Shown here piece by piece: positions 40,031 through 48,753 of a stretch of DNA of 64,000 nucleotides. Source of the DNA: Candidatus Marinacidobacterium sp. (GTDB taxonomy: Bacteria; Acidobacteriota; Vicinamibacteria; Marinacidobacterales; Marinacidobacteraceae); assembly GCA_965243415.1 (NCBI GenBank), contig OZ251549.1, positions 2,290,239 through 2,354,238 on the forward strand. Direction: 5' to 3'. The notes under the pieces are model-generated. The model was not told where the DNA came from, made no database searches, and saw only the letters and a list, made by a program, of their open reading frames with translations. The stretch's first letter is position 1; each line of letters begins with the position of its first letter. A program made the translations under genes and the position numbers.

Positions 40031-41198
40031 CGCCGACCCTCCGCCCCGCGGAGTGGAACCCGGGGCCGCTCCGCCCGCCGCTCTCGGGGACAGCGCCGAG
40101 GAATCCCCGGCGCCCGCCGCTCCGAAGGGCGCCGGAGACGGGGGCGACCGTCGGGTGCTGGCGCTGGTCGGTCCCACCGCTTCCGGAAAGTCGGAGGCGG
40201 CGGTGCGCCTGGCGCGGGACCTCCCGTTCCCGGTCGAGATCGTTTCCTGCGACGCCTTCCAGATCTACCGCGGCCTCGCCGTCGGCGCCGGGGTCCTCCC
40301 CGAAGAAGCGCGCCGGGGCGTCCCCCACCACCTGCTCGGCGTCCTCGCCCCCGACGACCCGGCGACCGCCGGACGGTACGCCGAACTCGCGGCCGCCGCC
40401 ATCCGGGAGATCCGGGGCCGGGGCGCCACGCCGCTCGTCGTCGGCGGCAGCGGGCTCTACTTCCGGGCCCTGCGGGACGGGCTCTTCGCCGGGCCCCGAC
40501 CCGAACCCGAACTGCGCCGCCGCCTGGCCCGGATCGCCTCCCGCCGTCGCGGCGACCACTGGCTGGCCCGGCTGCTCGCCCGGCTCGACCCGGAAGCCCA
40601 CCGGGCCATCCACCCGAGCGACCGGGTGCGCCGGGCGCGGGCGCTGGAAGTCGCGCTGCTCGCCGGCCGGCCCCTCTCCGCCCTGCGCCGGACTCGCCGC
40701 CCGCCGCTGCCGGAAGCCGGGTGGCGGATCGTCGCGCTCGATCCGCCACGCGACGCCCTCGACGCCCGCATCGTCCGGCGCGTCCGGGCCATGTTCGCCG
40801 CCGGCCTGGTCGAAGAAGCCGCAGCCCTGGAGCGGCGCTTCGGCGACCAGTGGCCGGGCCGGGGAGCGATCGGTTACCGCGAAGTCCTCGCCGCCCTGGC
40901 CGCCCGCGCCGGTTCCGAAACGCCGGGGGGCCCCACCGACTCCCCGGCGCCGGAGCCGCTCGCCGACCGTCTGCGCCGCGCCGAGTCGCAGATCGTCACC
41001 GCCACCCGCCGTTACGCGAAGCGCCAGCGCACCTGGTTCCGCGCCGAGCGGGGCCTGACCCGGTTCCGCGCCGACCCCGACTCCCCCTCCTTCCCCGCCG
41101 GCCTCCTCGCCGCCTTCACCGCGCCGGAGCCCCCGGAGGAACCGGCGGCGTCGTCAGAGGGGCCCCGGGACCTCCCGTCCCGCCGCCCCGAGTCCTAG
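40017..41198 (+). CDS. miaA: tRNA dimethylallyltransferase (start uncertain, between 40017 and GTG 40155)
   Basis: LVGPTASGKS P-loop, DAFQIYRGL, HHLLGVL. Confidence 0.88.
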   Translation: MIAVGADPPPRGVEPGAAPPAALGDSAEESPAPAAPKGAGDGGDRRVLALVGPTASGKSEAAVRLARDLPFPVEIVSCDAFQIYRGLAVGAGVLPEEARRGVPHHLLGVLAPDDPATAGRYAELAAAAIREIRGRGATPLVVGGSGLYFRALRDGLFAGPRPEPELRRRLARIASRRRGDHWLARLLARLDPEAHRAIHPSDRVRRARALEVALLAGRPLSALRRTRRPPLPEAGWRIVALDPPRDALDARIVRRVRAMFAAGLVEEAAALERRFGDQWPGRGAIGYREVLAALAARAGSETPGGPTDSPAPEPLADRLRRAESQIVTATRRYAKRQRTWFRAERGLTRFRADPDSPSFPAGLLAAFTAPEPPEEPAASSEGPRDLPSRRPES

Positions 41199-41208
41199 AA
41201 TTCCCCCG

Positions 41209-41955
41209 ATGCCGGCAAGCCCCGCGTTCGCCCCTCGCCCCCTCCGGGGCCGGACCGGGAGGTTCCCGGCGGGGCGCGGGAGGCTCCCGACGGGGCGCGG
41301 GCAGTTCCCGGCGGGGCGCGGACCGCGGCGATCGTCCGGTCCGGCGGCCCTTCTGGCGGTGGGGGCGCTCCTGTTCTTCCCGGCGTCTCCTTCCCCGGCG
41401 CAGTCGGCCGCGCCGGACCCGGTGGCCACGAACGCCTGGATGAAGATCCTCGGCCTGATGGGCGGCGGCCTCGGCGCTTCCGGCGAGCCGGTGCACCTCA
41501 GCGAGGCGGAAGTCGAAGCGATGCTCGGCGGCCAGCCGATCGCCCCGCTCCTCCGGGAACAGGGCGGCCTCTCCGAAGTCCGCGTCCGCTTCTCCCCCGG
41601 CGAAGTCCGGCTCTCCGCCTCCGCCGACCCGGCCTCGCTCGCCGAAGTCCTCCGGTTCCCGGGCCTCCCGCTCGCCGCTCCCCCGACCGCCCCCGCCGAG
41701 AGCCCGGTCCCGGTGGAGACGACCCTCCGGCTGCAGGGCGACGCCGGGTACGGAACGGCCTCCCTGGTCGGTGCCTCCGTCGGCGGTCTGGCCCTGCCGC
41801 CGGAGATGGTCGAGGACGCGGTGCTGGAGTGGCTGCTGACCTCCCTCGCGGTCGAGGGCTCCGCTTCCCGGTTCCCGCTGCCGGCGGGCGTCCGCGCCCT
41901 CGAAGTGGAGGACGGTCGGATCGGGCTGATCCCGGCTTCCCCGCCGGGGGACTGA
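41209..41955 (+). CDS. hypothetical secreted protein
   Basis: 248 aa. Signal-like AALLAVGALLFFPASPSPAQS. Ordinary composition after residue 60. Confidence 0.55.
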   Translation: MPASPAFAPRPLRGRTGRFPAGRGRLPTGRGQFPAGRGPRRSSGPAALLAVGALLFFPASPSPAQSAAPDPVATNAWMKILGLMGGGLGASGEPVHLSEAEVEAMLGGQPIAPLLREQGGLSEVRVRFSPGEVRLSASADPASLAEVLRFPGLPLAAPPTAPAESPVPVETTLRLQGDAGYGTASLVGASVGGLALPPEMVEDAVLEWLLTSLAVEGSASRFPLPAGVRALEVEDGRIGLIPASPPGD

Positions 41956-42013
41956 CCCGCGCCGACCCAGTCCGGAAGCCGAACCCGGAGCCCGGACCCG
42001 GAAGAAGCAGGCG

Positions 42014-44236
42014 GTGGCGCCGAACCTCGGCCCGGACACCGAGGTCCGCTTCGTCCGCGGCGTCGGGGAACGGCGGGCGAAGGCGCTCGGGGAAGCCGGG
42101 ATCGCCCGCGTCTCCGACCTGCTGCTGCGCCTGCCGTTCCGCTACGAGGACCGCAGCGAGGAGCGCCCGGCGCAGGCCCTCCGCGACGGCGAGTCGGCCT
42201 CGGTGGAAGTGGTCGTCGAGTCCCTGCGCGTCCGGCACACCCGCCGCCGGAACCTGAAACTGGTGGAACTGCGCGCCGCCGACCGCACCGGCCCGGTGCG
42301 GGCCACCTGGTTCAACCAGCAGCACTTGCGACACCTCCTGAAGCCGGGGAAGCGGGTGGTCCTCTTCGGCGCGGCCAAGGTGGCCTATCCGGGAGCGCCC
42401 CCGGAGTTCAGCAACCCCAAGTATGAGGTCGTCCCGGAGGACCGCCCGCCGGCGCTGGGGGAACGCGCCCCCGACCGGAAGGAGACGGGGAAGGAGATCG
42501 GGGAGGAAACGGGGGCGCCGCCGCCGGGAGCGACGGGGGCCGAACCCGGCGGGGAGGCGAGCCTCCATGTGGGCCGGATCGTGCCGATCTACGAGCGGGC
42601 GGGCGAGATCCACCCGCGCCAGTTCCGCCGCATCCTCCACGACCTCATCGAGTCCGGCGCCGGCGACGAGCCCGGCTGCCTGCCGGAGGAGATGGTCCGC
42701 CGCCGCGAGTTGCCCTCCCGCTCGGAGGCGCTCCGCGAAGTCCACTTCCCGGCGGACGGCGCTCCCCTGGACGACCTGCAGCGGCGCCGCTCCCCCGGCC
42801 ACCGCCGGCTGATCCTCGAGGAGTTCTTCTCCTTCGCCCTGGGCCTCGCCCTCCGCCGCCGCGAAGGCCGCACCGGGCGCGCCGGCGGCGGCTCGTACCC
42901 CGCGAACGACGCCATCCGGGACTTGGCGAAGGCAGTCATCCCGTTCCGGCTCACCGAGTCGCAGAAGGCCGCGCTCCGCACCATGGCCGGGGAGTTCGCC
43001 GGCCCGCAGCCGATGCGGCGGCTGCTCCAGGGCGATGTGGGTTCGGGGAAGACCATCGTGGCGGTCGTCGCCGCGCTCATCGTCATCGGGAACGGCGCCC
43101 AGGCGGCCCTCATGGCGCCCACCGAAGTGCTCGCCGAACAGCACTTCTCCACCATCCGCCGCCTGCTGGAGCCGCACCGGATCCGGGTGGCGCTGCTCAC
43201 CGCCGGCCTCTCCGCCCCCGACCGGCGCGCCACACTGGCGGCCACCCGCAGCGGCTGGGCGCAGTTCGTGGTCGGCACCCACTCGCTGATCCAGGATGGC
43301 GCCGAGTTCCACCGCCTGGGGTTCGCGATCGTGGACGAGCAGCACCGCTTCGGGGTGGAACAGCGGCAGATGCTCGTCGGGCGGGGCCGGGGCTGCGACC
43401 TGCTGGTCATGACCGCCACCCCGATCCCCCGCACCCTGACGATGGCTCTCCACGGCGACCTCGACCTCTCGGAACTCACCGAGATGCCGCCCGGCCGGCA
43501 ACCGATCCGCACCCTGGTGCGCCCGCTGGCCGGCCTCCCCGAGATCCACCGACTGGTGCGCGAGGAAGCGCGCCGGGGCCGCCAGGCGTTCTATGTCTGC
43601 CCTTTCATCGAGGACTCGGAGGCGGTGGACGGGAGCGGCGTCGAGCGCCGGTTCGGCGAACTCGCCGAGGGCCCCTTCCGGGGGTTGCGGGTGGATTTCG
43701 TCCACGGGCGGGTCCCGACCGCGCAGCGCGAGCGGGTCATGGCCGCCTTCGCCGCCGGCGATCTGGAGGTGCTGGTGGCGACGACGGTGATCGAGGTCGG
43801 CGTGGACATTCCGAACGCCACCGTCATGGTCGTGGAACACGCGGAGCGCTTCGGCCTCGCCCAACTGCACCAGTTGCGGGGCCGCGTCGGCCGGGGCGCG
43901 CATCCTTCGACCGCGGCGCTGGTCTTCGGCCCCCAGGCGACCGAAGCGGCGGCGCAGCGGCTCCGGGTGCTCGAAGCGACCACCGACGGCTTCCGCATCG
44001 CCGAAGCGGACCTGGAGCAGCGCGGCCCCGGCGACTTCTTCGGCGCCCGTCAGCACGGCCTGCCGCCCTTCCGGGTGGCCGACCTGGGGCGCGACGCGGC
44101 CTTCCTGCGCGAGGCCCGCCGGGAATCCCGCGACTTCCTCGACCGGGGCGCGGAGCACACGCCGGAAGGCCGCGAGATCCTGGCCCGCGTCCGCCGCACC
44201 TGGGGAGACCGCTTCGGCCTCACCACCGGCGGCTGA
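42014..44236 (+). CDS. recG: ATP-dependent DNA helicase RecG
   Basis: 740 aa. Wedge/OB N-terminus, GDVGSGKT, DEQHRFGV, TATPIPRT, QLHQLRGRVGRG. Confidence 0.93.
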   Translation: MAPNLGPDTEVRFVRGVGERRAKALGEAGIARVSDLLLRLPFRYEDRSEERPAQALRDGESASVEVVVESLRVRHTRRRNLKLVELRAADRTGPVRATWFNQQHLRHLLKPGKRVVLFGAAKVAYPGAPPEFSNPKYEVVPEDRPPALGERAPDRKETGKEIGEETGAPPPGATGAEPGGEASLHVGRIVPIYERAGEIHPRQFRRILHDLIESGAGDEPGCLPEEMVRRRELPSRSEALREVHFPADGAPLDDLQRRRSPGHRRLILEEFFSFALGLALRRREGRTGRAGGGSYPANDAIRDLAKAVIPFRLTESQKAALRTMAGEFAGPQPMRRLLQGDVGSGKTIVAVVAALIVIGNGAQAALMAPTEVLAEQHFSTIRRLLEPHRIRVALLTAGLSAPDRRATLAATRSGWAQFVVGTHSLIQDGAEFHRLGFAIVDEQHRFGVEQRQMLVGRGRGCDLLVMTATPIPRTLTMALHGDLDLSELTEMPPGRQPIRTLVRPLAGLPEIHRLVREEARRGRQAFYVCPFIEDSEAVDGSGVERRFGELAEGPFRGLRVDFVHGRVPTAQRERVMAAFAAGDLEVLVATTVIEVGVDIPNATVMVVEHAERFGLAQLHQLRGRVGRGAHPSTAALVFGPQATEAAAQRLRVLEATTDGFRIAEADLEQRGPGDFFGARQHGLPPFRVADLGRDAAFLREARRESRDFLDRGAEHTPEGREILARVRRTWGDRFGLTTGG

Positions 44237-44446
44237 ATCTCCGGTTCGATTCCCTCCCGGTCCCCCGGGGTGGCATTCGCCTCCGTCGTACCGGCGCGGC
44301 GCCGAGGGCTTCGGCGCTGAAGTGTCGGTCGCTCCCGCCGGAGACGCCGTTACCGCCGCGGGGATGGACCTCGGTGAGGGAACCGCCGGGAACCGGGCGC
44401 GACGGTCGATCTCGCCAGGTTCACTGCCGGCGCTATGTTCCCGGGT

Positions 44447-44558
44447 GGCGTGCGTGACACGGTGCGATTCCCCGAGCCGTAGCCCGCCCCTCCCGGGGAC
44501 GCGCGCGCTATGTGGGGTTGCCGGGCTTCGGTCCGGGGCGGGGGCCCCACCGTGCGCC
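44447..44558 (+). ncRNA. structured RNA-like element, copy 1 (subtype A)
   Basis: TATGTT box at 44434-44439. Terminal stem GGCGUGCG/CGUGCGCC (two G.U). Two internal hairpins. See finding. Confidence 0.5.
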
Positions 44559-44574
44559 ACCTCCGAAGGTTCCG

Positions 44575-44760
44575 CGCCGCCGTTCGCTCGGCGCGCGATT
44601 GCGATCACGGTGCCGGAAGGGCGCCGAATGGAACTCCATTCCTCGCGGTTCGTACGAAGACCACGCGAAGCCGGTCCCCGCCGAACCGGTAGTGGATGGC
44701 CCCTTTCGTGGCGGCGCTGTCGTGGAAATCCACCCCGGCCCCGTCGGCGATCCCACGCTC
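44575..44760 (-). pseudogene. decayed copy of the 3' third of gene 46585..47370
   Basis: Nucleotide alignment with 46598-46780. FRHRDRNRAPSERRRG vs FHRCDRNRVPSERRHG. A frameshift separates it from AIHYRFGGDRLRVVFVRTA (vs AFYHRIDSDWFRVIVKRTA). The stop is lost. Confidence 0.6.
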
Positions 44761-44804
44761 CCCCGCGCCGACGGGCGCGGGGACGACTCGCTATCCTCCC
44801 GAGC

Positions 44805-44913
44805 GGCGCACGTGACACGGTGATATTCCGTCTGCCGTAGCCCGCCCCTTCGGGGGCGCGAGTGTTATGTGGGGTTGCCGGCTTCGGCCGGGGGACGGGC
44901 CCCACCGTGCGCC
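44805..44913 (+). ncRNA. structured RNA-like element, copy 2 (subtype B)
   Basis: TATCCT at 44792-44797. 8-bp terminal stem. C(UUCG)G hairpins, hairpin 2 shortened by one bp in both arms. Confidence 0.5.
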
Positions 44914-45183
44914 ATCCGGTATCGGGTTCGAGTTGCCTGCCGGAGCGCCGCCGGTGACCCTTCCTCGTCGAACTCCTCGTTGAATCTTCGAGTTTCGAGG
45001 CGTTCGCGGTTTCCCCCGGGTTCCTTCCTCCGTTCCGGCGGTGAAGTCGAGGCTCGCCGTTTCTTCGCGGCGGCCGCTTCGAGTCTCTGTCTCGACCCCG
45101 GCCGGGGGCGACGCCGGGCCGGGGTCTTCGGTGGGTCGGCCCTCGCGCTGCGTCGCGGCTTGATTCTCGCTATATTCCCGAGC

Positions 45184-45293
45184 GGCGCACGTGACACGGT
45201 GCGATTCCCCGAGCCGTAGCCCGCCCCTTCGGGGGCGCGAGTGTTATGTGGGTTGCCGGGCTTCGGCCCGGGGCGGGGGCCCCACCGTGCGCC
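45184..45293 (+). ncRNA. structured RNA-like element, copy 3 (subtype A)
   Basis: TATATT at 45171-45176. 8-bp terminal stem GGCGCACG/CGTGCGCC. Two C(UUCG)G hairpins. Confidence 0.55.
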
Positions 45294-45339
45294 ACCCGGT
45301 TTCGAATCTGCGAAGCGCGCCGGGGCGAGGGCAGGAGGT

Positions 45340-45512
45340 TGCGTCGGTGGGATCCGGTAGAAGGTCTTGCGGTCGATCCCGTTCTCGGCGGCCTGTTCGA
45401 CGACCGCCCGGAACCGGTCCCGGCCGACTCGGTTCCCGACCGCCGTATCGGGGATGACCACCGGCGCCCCTTCGGCCAGTCGGGTGGCGTCCACCGGCGC
45501 CCCGGAACGCAT
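45340..45512 (-). pseudogene. gene remnant with HTH-like end (..PVVIPDTAVGNRVGRDRFRAVVEQAAENGIDRKTFYRIP)
   Basis: Genome-typical GC3 over about 55 codons. Shares the PVVIPD..N.(V/I)G motif with 46585..47370. No stop before it reads through RNA element 3. Confidence 0.35.
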
Positions 45513-45736
45513 CGGCGAGAGGCGCCCGCCGGTCACAGCCTTCCTCGCCGAAGGCGTTTCGGTTCGATGCTTCGGCGGTCTCTCTCGAAGGCGGCGGCGA
45601 AGTCGATGCTCCCGGCCTTCTCGCGGCAACGGCGTCGGGTCCATCTCGACCCGGCCGGGGACGCGTTGCCGAGGCGGTCTCCGGTGCGCCGGCTCTCGGG
45701 TGGCGGTGCGCCGGATTCCGCGCTATGTTCTCGGGC

Positions 45737-45845
45737 GGCGCACGTGACACGGTGCGATTCCCCGAGCCGTAGCCCGCCCCTTCCGGGGCGAGAGTGTTAT
45801 GTGGGGTTGCCGGGCTTGCCCGGGGCGGGGGCCCCACCGTGCGCC
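45737..45845 (+). ncRNA. structured RNA-like element, copy 4 (subtype A)
   Basis: TATGTT at 45724-45729. Hairpin 2 capped G(CUUG)C instead of C(UUCG)G. Confidence 0.55.
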
Positions 45846-45940
45846 ACCGCCTCGACCATTCCCCCGGCAGCGCCGCCTCCGGTCGGTGCGCTCCGGTCAA
45901 CGCCGCCCGTGTGCGCCGACGATTCGCTATCCTCCTCGGT

Positions 45941-46049
45941 GGCGCACGTGACACGGTGATATTCCGTCTGCCGTAGCCCGTTCCTTCGGGAGCGAGAGTG
46001 TTATGCGGGGTTGCCGGCTTCGGCCGGGGGACGGGCCGCACCGTGCGCT
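45941..46049 (+). ncRNA. structured RNA-like element, copy 5 (subtype B)
   Basis: TATCCT at 45928-45933. Hairpin 1 is CGUUCC/GGAGCG, compensatory relative to CGCCCC/GGGGCG. Confidence 0.5.
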
Positions 46050-46468
46050 ACCCGGTTCGGGTTCGAGAGCCGCACCGGAACGCTGCCGACGGACTCGACG
46101 GACGGACCGCGGTTCGAGGGTGGAGAGAGACCTCGCCGCTGGTGGTTCGTTCGGCGATGGCCCGAGATGGTCTTCGCCGACTCGGTTCCACACCACGGGA
46201 TCGGGGCATTTCCGTCGGCGGACCATCCGCTCGTCGGAAGATTCTCGACGGTTGGCGCCCACCGGCGCCCGGCGCTCATCGGGGATCCCGGCTGTCGAGG
46301 CCCTTCGCAGGTTCCGCCGACAGCGGGAGCGAATTCAGGGTCCCGGTCTTCTCGTGGCGGCATCGGGGAGCGCCCTCCGGTCCCGGCGGGACGCGCTGCC
46401 GGGCCGGGGTCTCCGGCACCCCCGCCTCGCGCTGCCGCACGGCCGGGTTCCGTGCTATACTCCCGATC

Positions 46469-46577
46469 GGCGCACGTGACACGGTGCGATTCCCCGAGCC
46501 GTAGCCCGCCCCTTCGGGGGCGCGAGCGCTATGTGGGGTTGCCGGGCTTGCCCGGGGCGGGGGCCCCACCGTGCGCC
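46469..46577 (+). ncRNA. structured RNA-like element, copy 6 (subtype A)
   Basis: Extended -10 TGcTATACT at 46453-46461. CUUG-capped hairpin 2. The 3' end lies 8 nt from the stop codon of the convergent gene 46585..47370. Confidence 0.55.
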
Positions 46578-46584
46578 ACCCGCC

Positions 46585-47370
46585 TCAACGGTTACCGTGT
46601 CGCCGTTCGCTCGGTACACGATTGCGATCACAGCGGTGGAAGGTCTGCAGATAGACCTCGTTGATCGCGGTTCGTTTAACGATGACCCGGAACCAGTCGC
46701 TGTCGATCCGGTGGTAGAAGGCGAGATGCCGGTCGTCTATGGCCTCCCACTCGCCGTGCGCGATGACCTCCGGCAAACGCCGGTAGTGGCGGGCTCGAAG
46801 CGGTTTGCTGTGCCGCCCGTCTTCGTGCTTCAGTTGCTTCAGGGCTGTCTCGGGTGAGAGCCACACCACCCGGCCCGTTTCCGAGTTCGAGTTGGGCGCG
46901 GGCGTCATGGCGGAGCGCGGTTCGTCCGGCAGGGTCGCCACGGGGATCTCCCCGATCTGGTTCCTGATCTCCGGGTCAGGGATCACCACCGGGTTCCGTT
47001 GCCGCCACTCCGGGTGCAACCGGCCGTAGGCCGCAACTCGCGCCCGGAACTGGTCCAGGAGCGGGTCCCGCTCGTCGAGGCATTCGCGGATCCTCTCGAG
47101 GCCGGCCCCGAACTCGAGGTCCGCGATCTCCGGTTGGTGGCGTTGCCGCGGAGCCCGGCCCCGACCCGGAGCCTGCGGGCCCCGAGCGCGGGGGCCCGGC
47201 CGGGACGCACCGGTTCCCGGGGCTGCGACAGCGTGGCGGGCCTCCCGGCGCCTCTCCGCCGCGCCCTCGGGACACGGGGCCGGGGCGGGCGGGGGCGGGG
47301 CACGTTCGGGAGGCGAGCTGCTGCCTCCCGGAGGGGAGCGGGGCGGACCGCGTCCGGCGTCGATTGCCAT
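46585..47370 (-). CDS. hypothetical protein with a small low-GC C-terminal nuclease-like domain (alternative start ATG 46906-46908)
   Basis: The C-terminal 107 aa (LSPETALKQLKHEDGRHSKPL..YRRLPEVIAHGEW..FRVIVKRTAINEVYLQTFHR) have ordinary composition and lower GC. The N-terminal 80 aa are Pro/Arg-rich and doubtful. Confidence 0.65.
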   Translation of the reverse strand: MAIDAGRGPPRSPPGGSSSPPERAPPPPAPAPCPEGAAERRREARHAVAAPGTGASRPGPRARGPQAPGRGRAPRQRHQPEIADLEFGAGLERIRECLDERDPLLDQFRARVAAYGRLHPEWRQRNPVVIPDPEIRNQIGEIPVATLPDEPRSAMTPAPNSNSETGRVVWLSPETALKQLKHEDGRHSKPLRARHYRRLPEVIAHGEWEAIDDRHLAFYHRIDSDWFRVIVKRTAINEVYLQTFHRCDRNRVPSERRHGNR

Positions 47371-47375
47371 CGGCG

Positions 47376-48644
47376 TCAACTCGCCGCGCGGGCGGCGATC
47401 TCCGGTGGTTCCGGCGCGGTCGCGCGGCCCGGGTCGGCGTCGTCCCCGCCGGCGCCGGCAGCGTCCCGTTCGTCCATGCCGGCCCCGAGCGGATGCAGGG
47501 CGTCGCCGTCCAGCGTCCGCTCCTCCAGGGCGCGGAGGTAGGCGTCGTTCTCCGGGGCGCGGCCGGTCTCTGCCGCCTCCGGTGCTTCGGGCAGGAAACC
47601 CGGACGGAGGGCGGTCGGGATCGCGCCGATCTCCGGGGTCTGGCGCGCCAAACTGGTGTGCGCCGCCTCCCGCGCCAGGAAGTTCACGAACTCCCGCGAG
47701 CCGCCCTTCCAATCCCGCACCGTGCCGGCGAGCGCCATCGGGTGTTCCGTCTCCTCCCGGTCGAGCGCGCAGCCGGGGCGGTAGGTGCGCACCGCGTTGC
47801 CGAACACGCTGAACCGGCGGCCCAGCCGTTCGCTCAGGGCGAAGGTCATCGGCCCGGTCAGGACAACCACATGGGCGAGTCCGACGGTGCGCCAGGCGAG
47901 GTCGGCGACATCGATGGCGGCGGTCTCGGCGTCGGTCTCGTGGACCTCCAGCCCGGTCACGAAGACCGGCCGGGTGCGCTCCGGATCCCCGAGCAGGAGG
48001 ATCAACTCTTCGACGCTCTCGTGGTCGCGGACGATCCAGGGCTGCGCCCGGAGCCGCCAGCCGTAGTCGGTCAGGCCGGGCGAGTCGGCGAGGTCGTGGA
48101 CCAGGTCCGGCGCTCCGGCCCGGTCCACCGAGTGGGCGCCGAGACCCCCGCGGGTGAGCAGCGTGGCGTGGAGGCGGGTGATCCCCCCGGTCTCGACCAG
48201 GAACACCTGCACCCGCCAGCCGCGCGCGCCGGGCGCGGGTCCCCGGCCGTCCAGCGCGGCGCCGAAGCAGCGTCCGTCGCCGGTGGTCCACTCCTCCGCG
48301 CAGCCGATGGAGCGGCCGCCGGGGAAGCGGCAGGGCTCGGCGGCCGCGTCCGGGTGCGCCGTCTCGGGCGGCAGACCGAACGGCGTCGGCGCCCCGGTGT
48401 GGAACTCCATCCAGCGCAGGACCCGGCCCCGGGAGACGCCGAACTCGCCGCCGTTGCCGTCGTGGGCGACCTCGGCGCAGACGGCCGTCGCCGGGCTCAG
48501 CCGCCGCGTCCGGGGCTCGGGCCGGACCGCGGTCGCGTCCGGGAGCGGCAGCGGCTCCCACATCGGCCGCCGGCGGGGCGCCGGTCGCGGCCGGCGCTCC
48601 GGGTGCGGCGCCGCGGGTTGGAGTAGGGTCGCGGGATGGGGCAT
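47376..48644 (-). CDS. hypothetical protein (422 aa), no family recognised
   Basis: ATG 48642-48644 within the ORF 47376..49541. Residues 60-360 have ordinary composition (RPVFVTGLEVHE..GLAHVVVLTGPMTFALSERLG..). The stop lies 5 nt before the next start. Confidence 0.65.
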   Translation of the reverse strand: MPHPATLLQPAAPHPERRPRPAPRRRPMWEPLPLPDATAVRPEPRTRRLSPATAVCAEVAHDGNGGEFGVSRGRVLRWMEFHTGAPTPFGLPPETAHPDAAAEPCRFPGGRSIGCAEEWTTGDGRCFGAALDGRGPAPGARGWRVQVFLVETGGITRLHATLLTRGGLGAHSVDRAGAPDLVHDLADSPGLTDYGWRLRAQPWIVRDHESVEELILLLGDPERTRPVFVTGLEVHETDAETAAIDVADLAWRTVGLAHVVVLTGPMTFALSERLGRRFSVFGNAVRTYRPGCALDREETEHPMALAGTVRDWKGGSREFVNFLAREAAHTSLARQTPEIGAIPTALRPGFLPEAPEAAETGRAPENDAYLRALEERTLDGDALHPLGAGMDERDAAGAGGDDADPGRATAPEPPEIAARAAS

Positions 48645-48753
48645 GAGGCCTCCTCGGTGGGGAGAGTTCCCTCCGGGGGGAAGGAACCGGGTTCGCCGGC
48701 GGCGCGCCGGCGGGTCGAACGCCCGGGTTGAGCGTTCGGGAGGGGCGTTCGCG

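Noticed and set aside
44243-44266. GGTTCGATTCCCTCCCGGTCCCCC just after recG, considered as a tRNA 3'-end remnant marking an integration (att) site for the 44.3-48.6 kb insert.
   Set aside because: Only 2 bp of a T-stem precede it. There is no intact tRNA and no convincing second copy at the rsmD border (only TTCCCTCC at about 48670). There is no integrase.
44432-46577. Integron cassette array or CALIN (attC sites) for the six structured elements.
   Set aside because: There are no terminal RYYYAAC/GTTRRRY core pairs and no intI nearby. The G.U-only pairings favour an RNA on the + strand, whereas attC folding of the cassette bottom strand would not tolerate them. A promoter-like box precedes each copy.
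44447-46577. tRNA or tmRNA genes, suggested by the 7-8 bp acceptor-like terminal stem and the T-loop-like GGTGCGATTCC.
   Set aside because: At about 108 nt they are too long. There is no cloverleaf with D and anticodon arms, the T-stem pairing is poor and there is no CCA. At most they are tRNA-like mimics.
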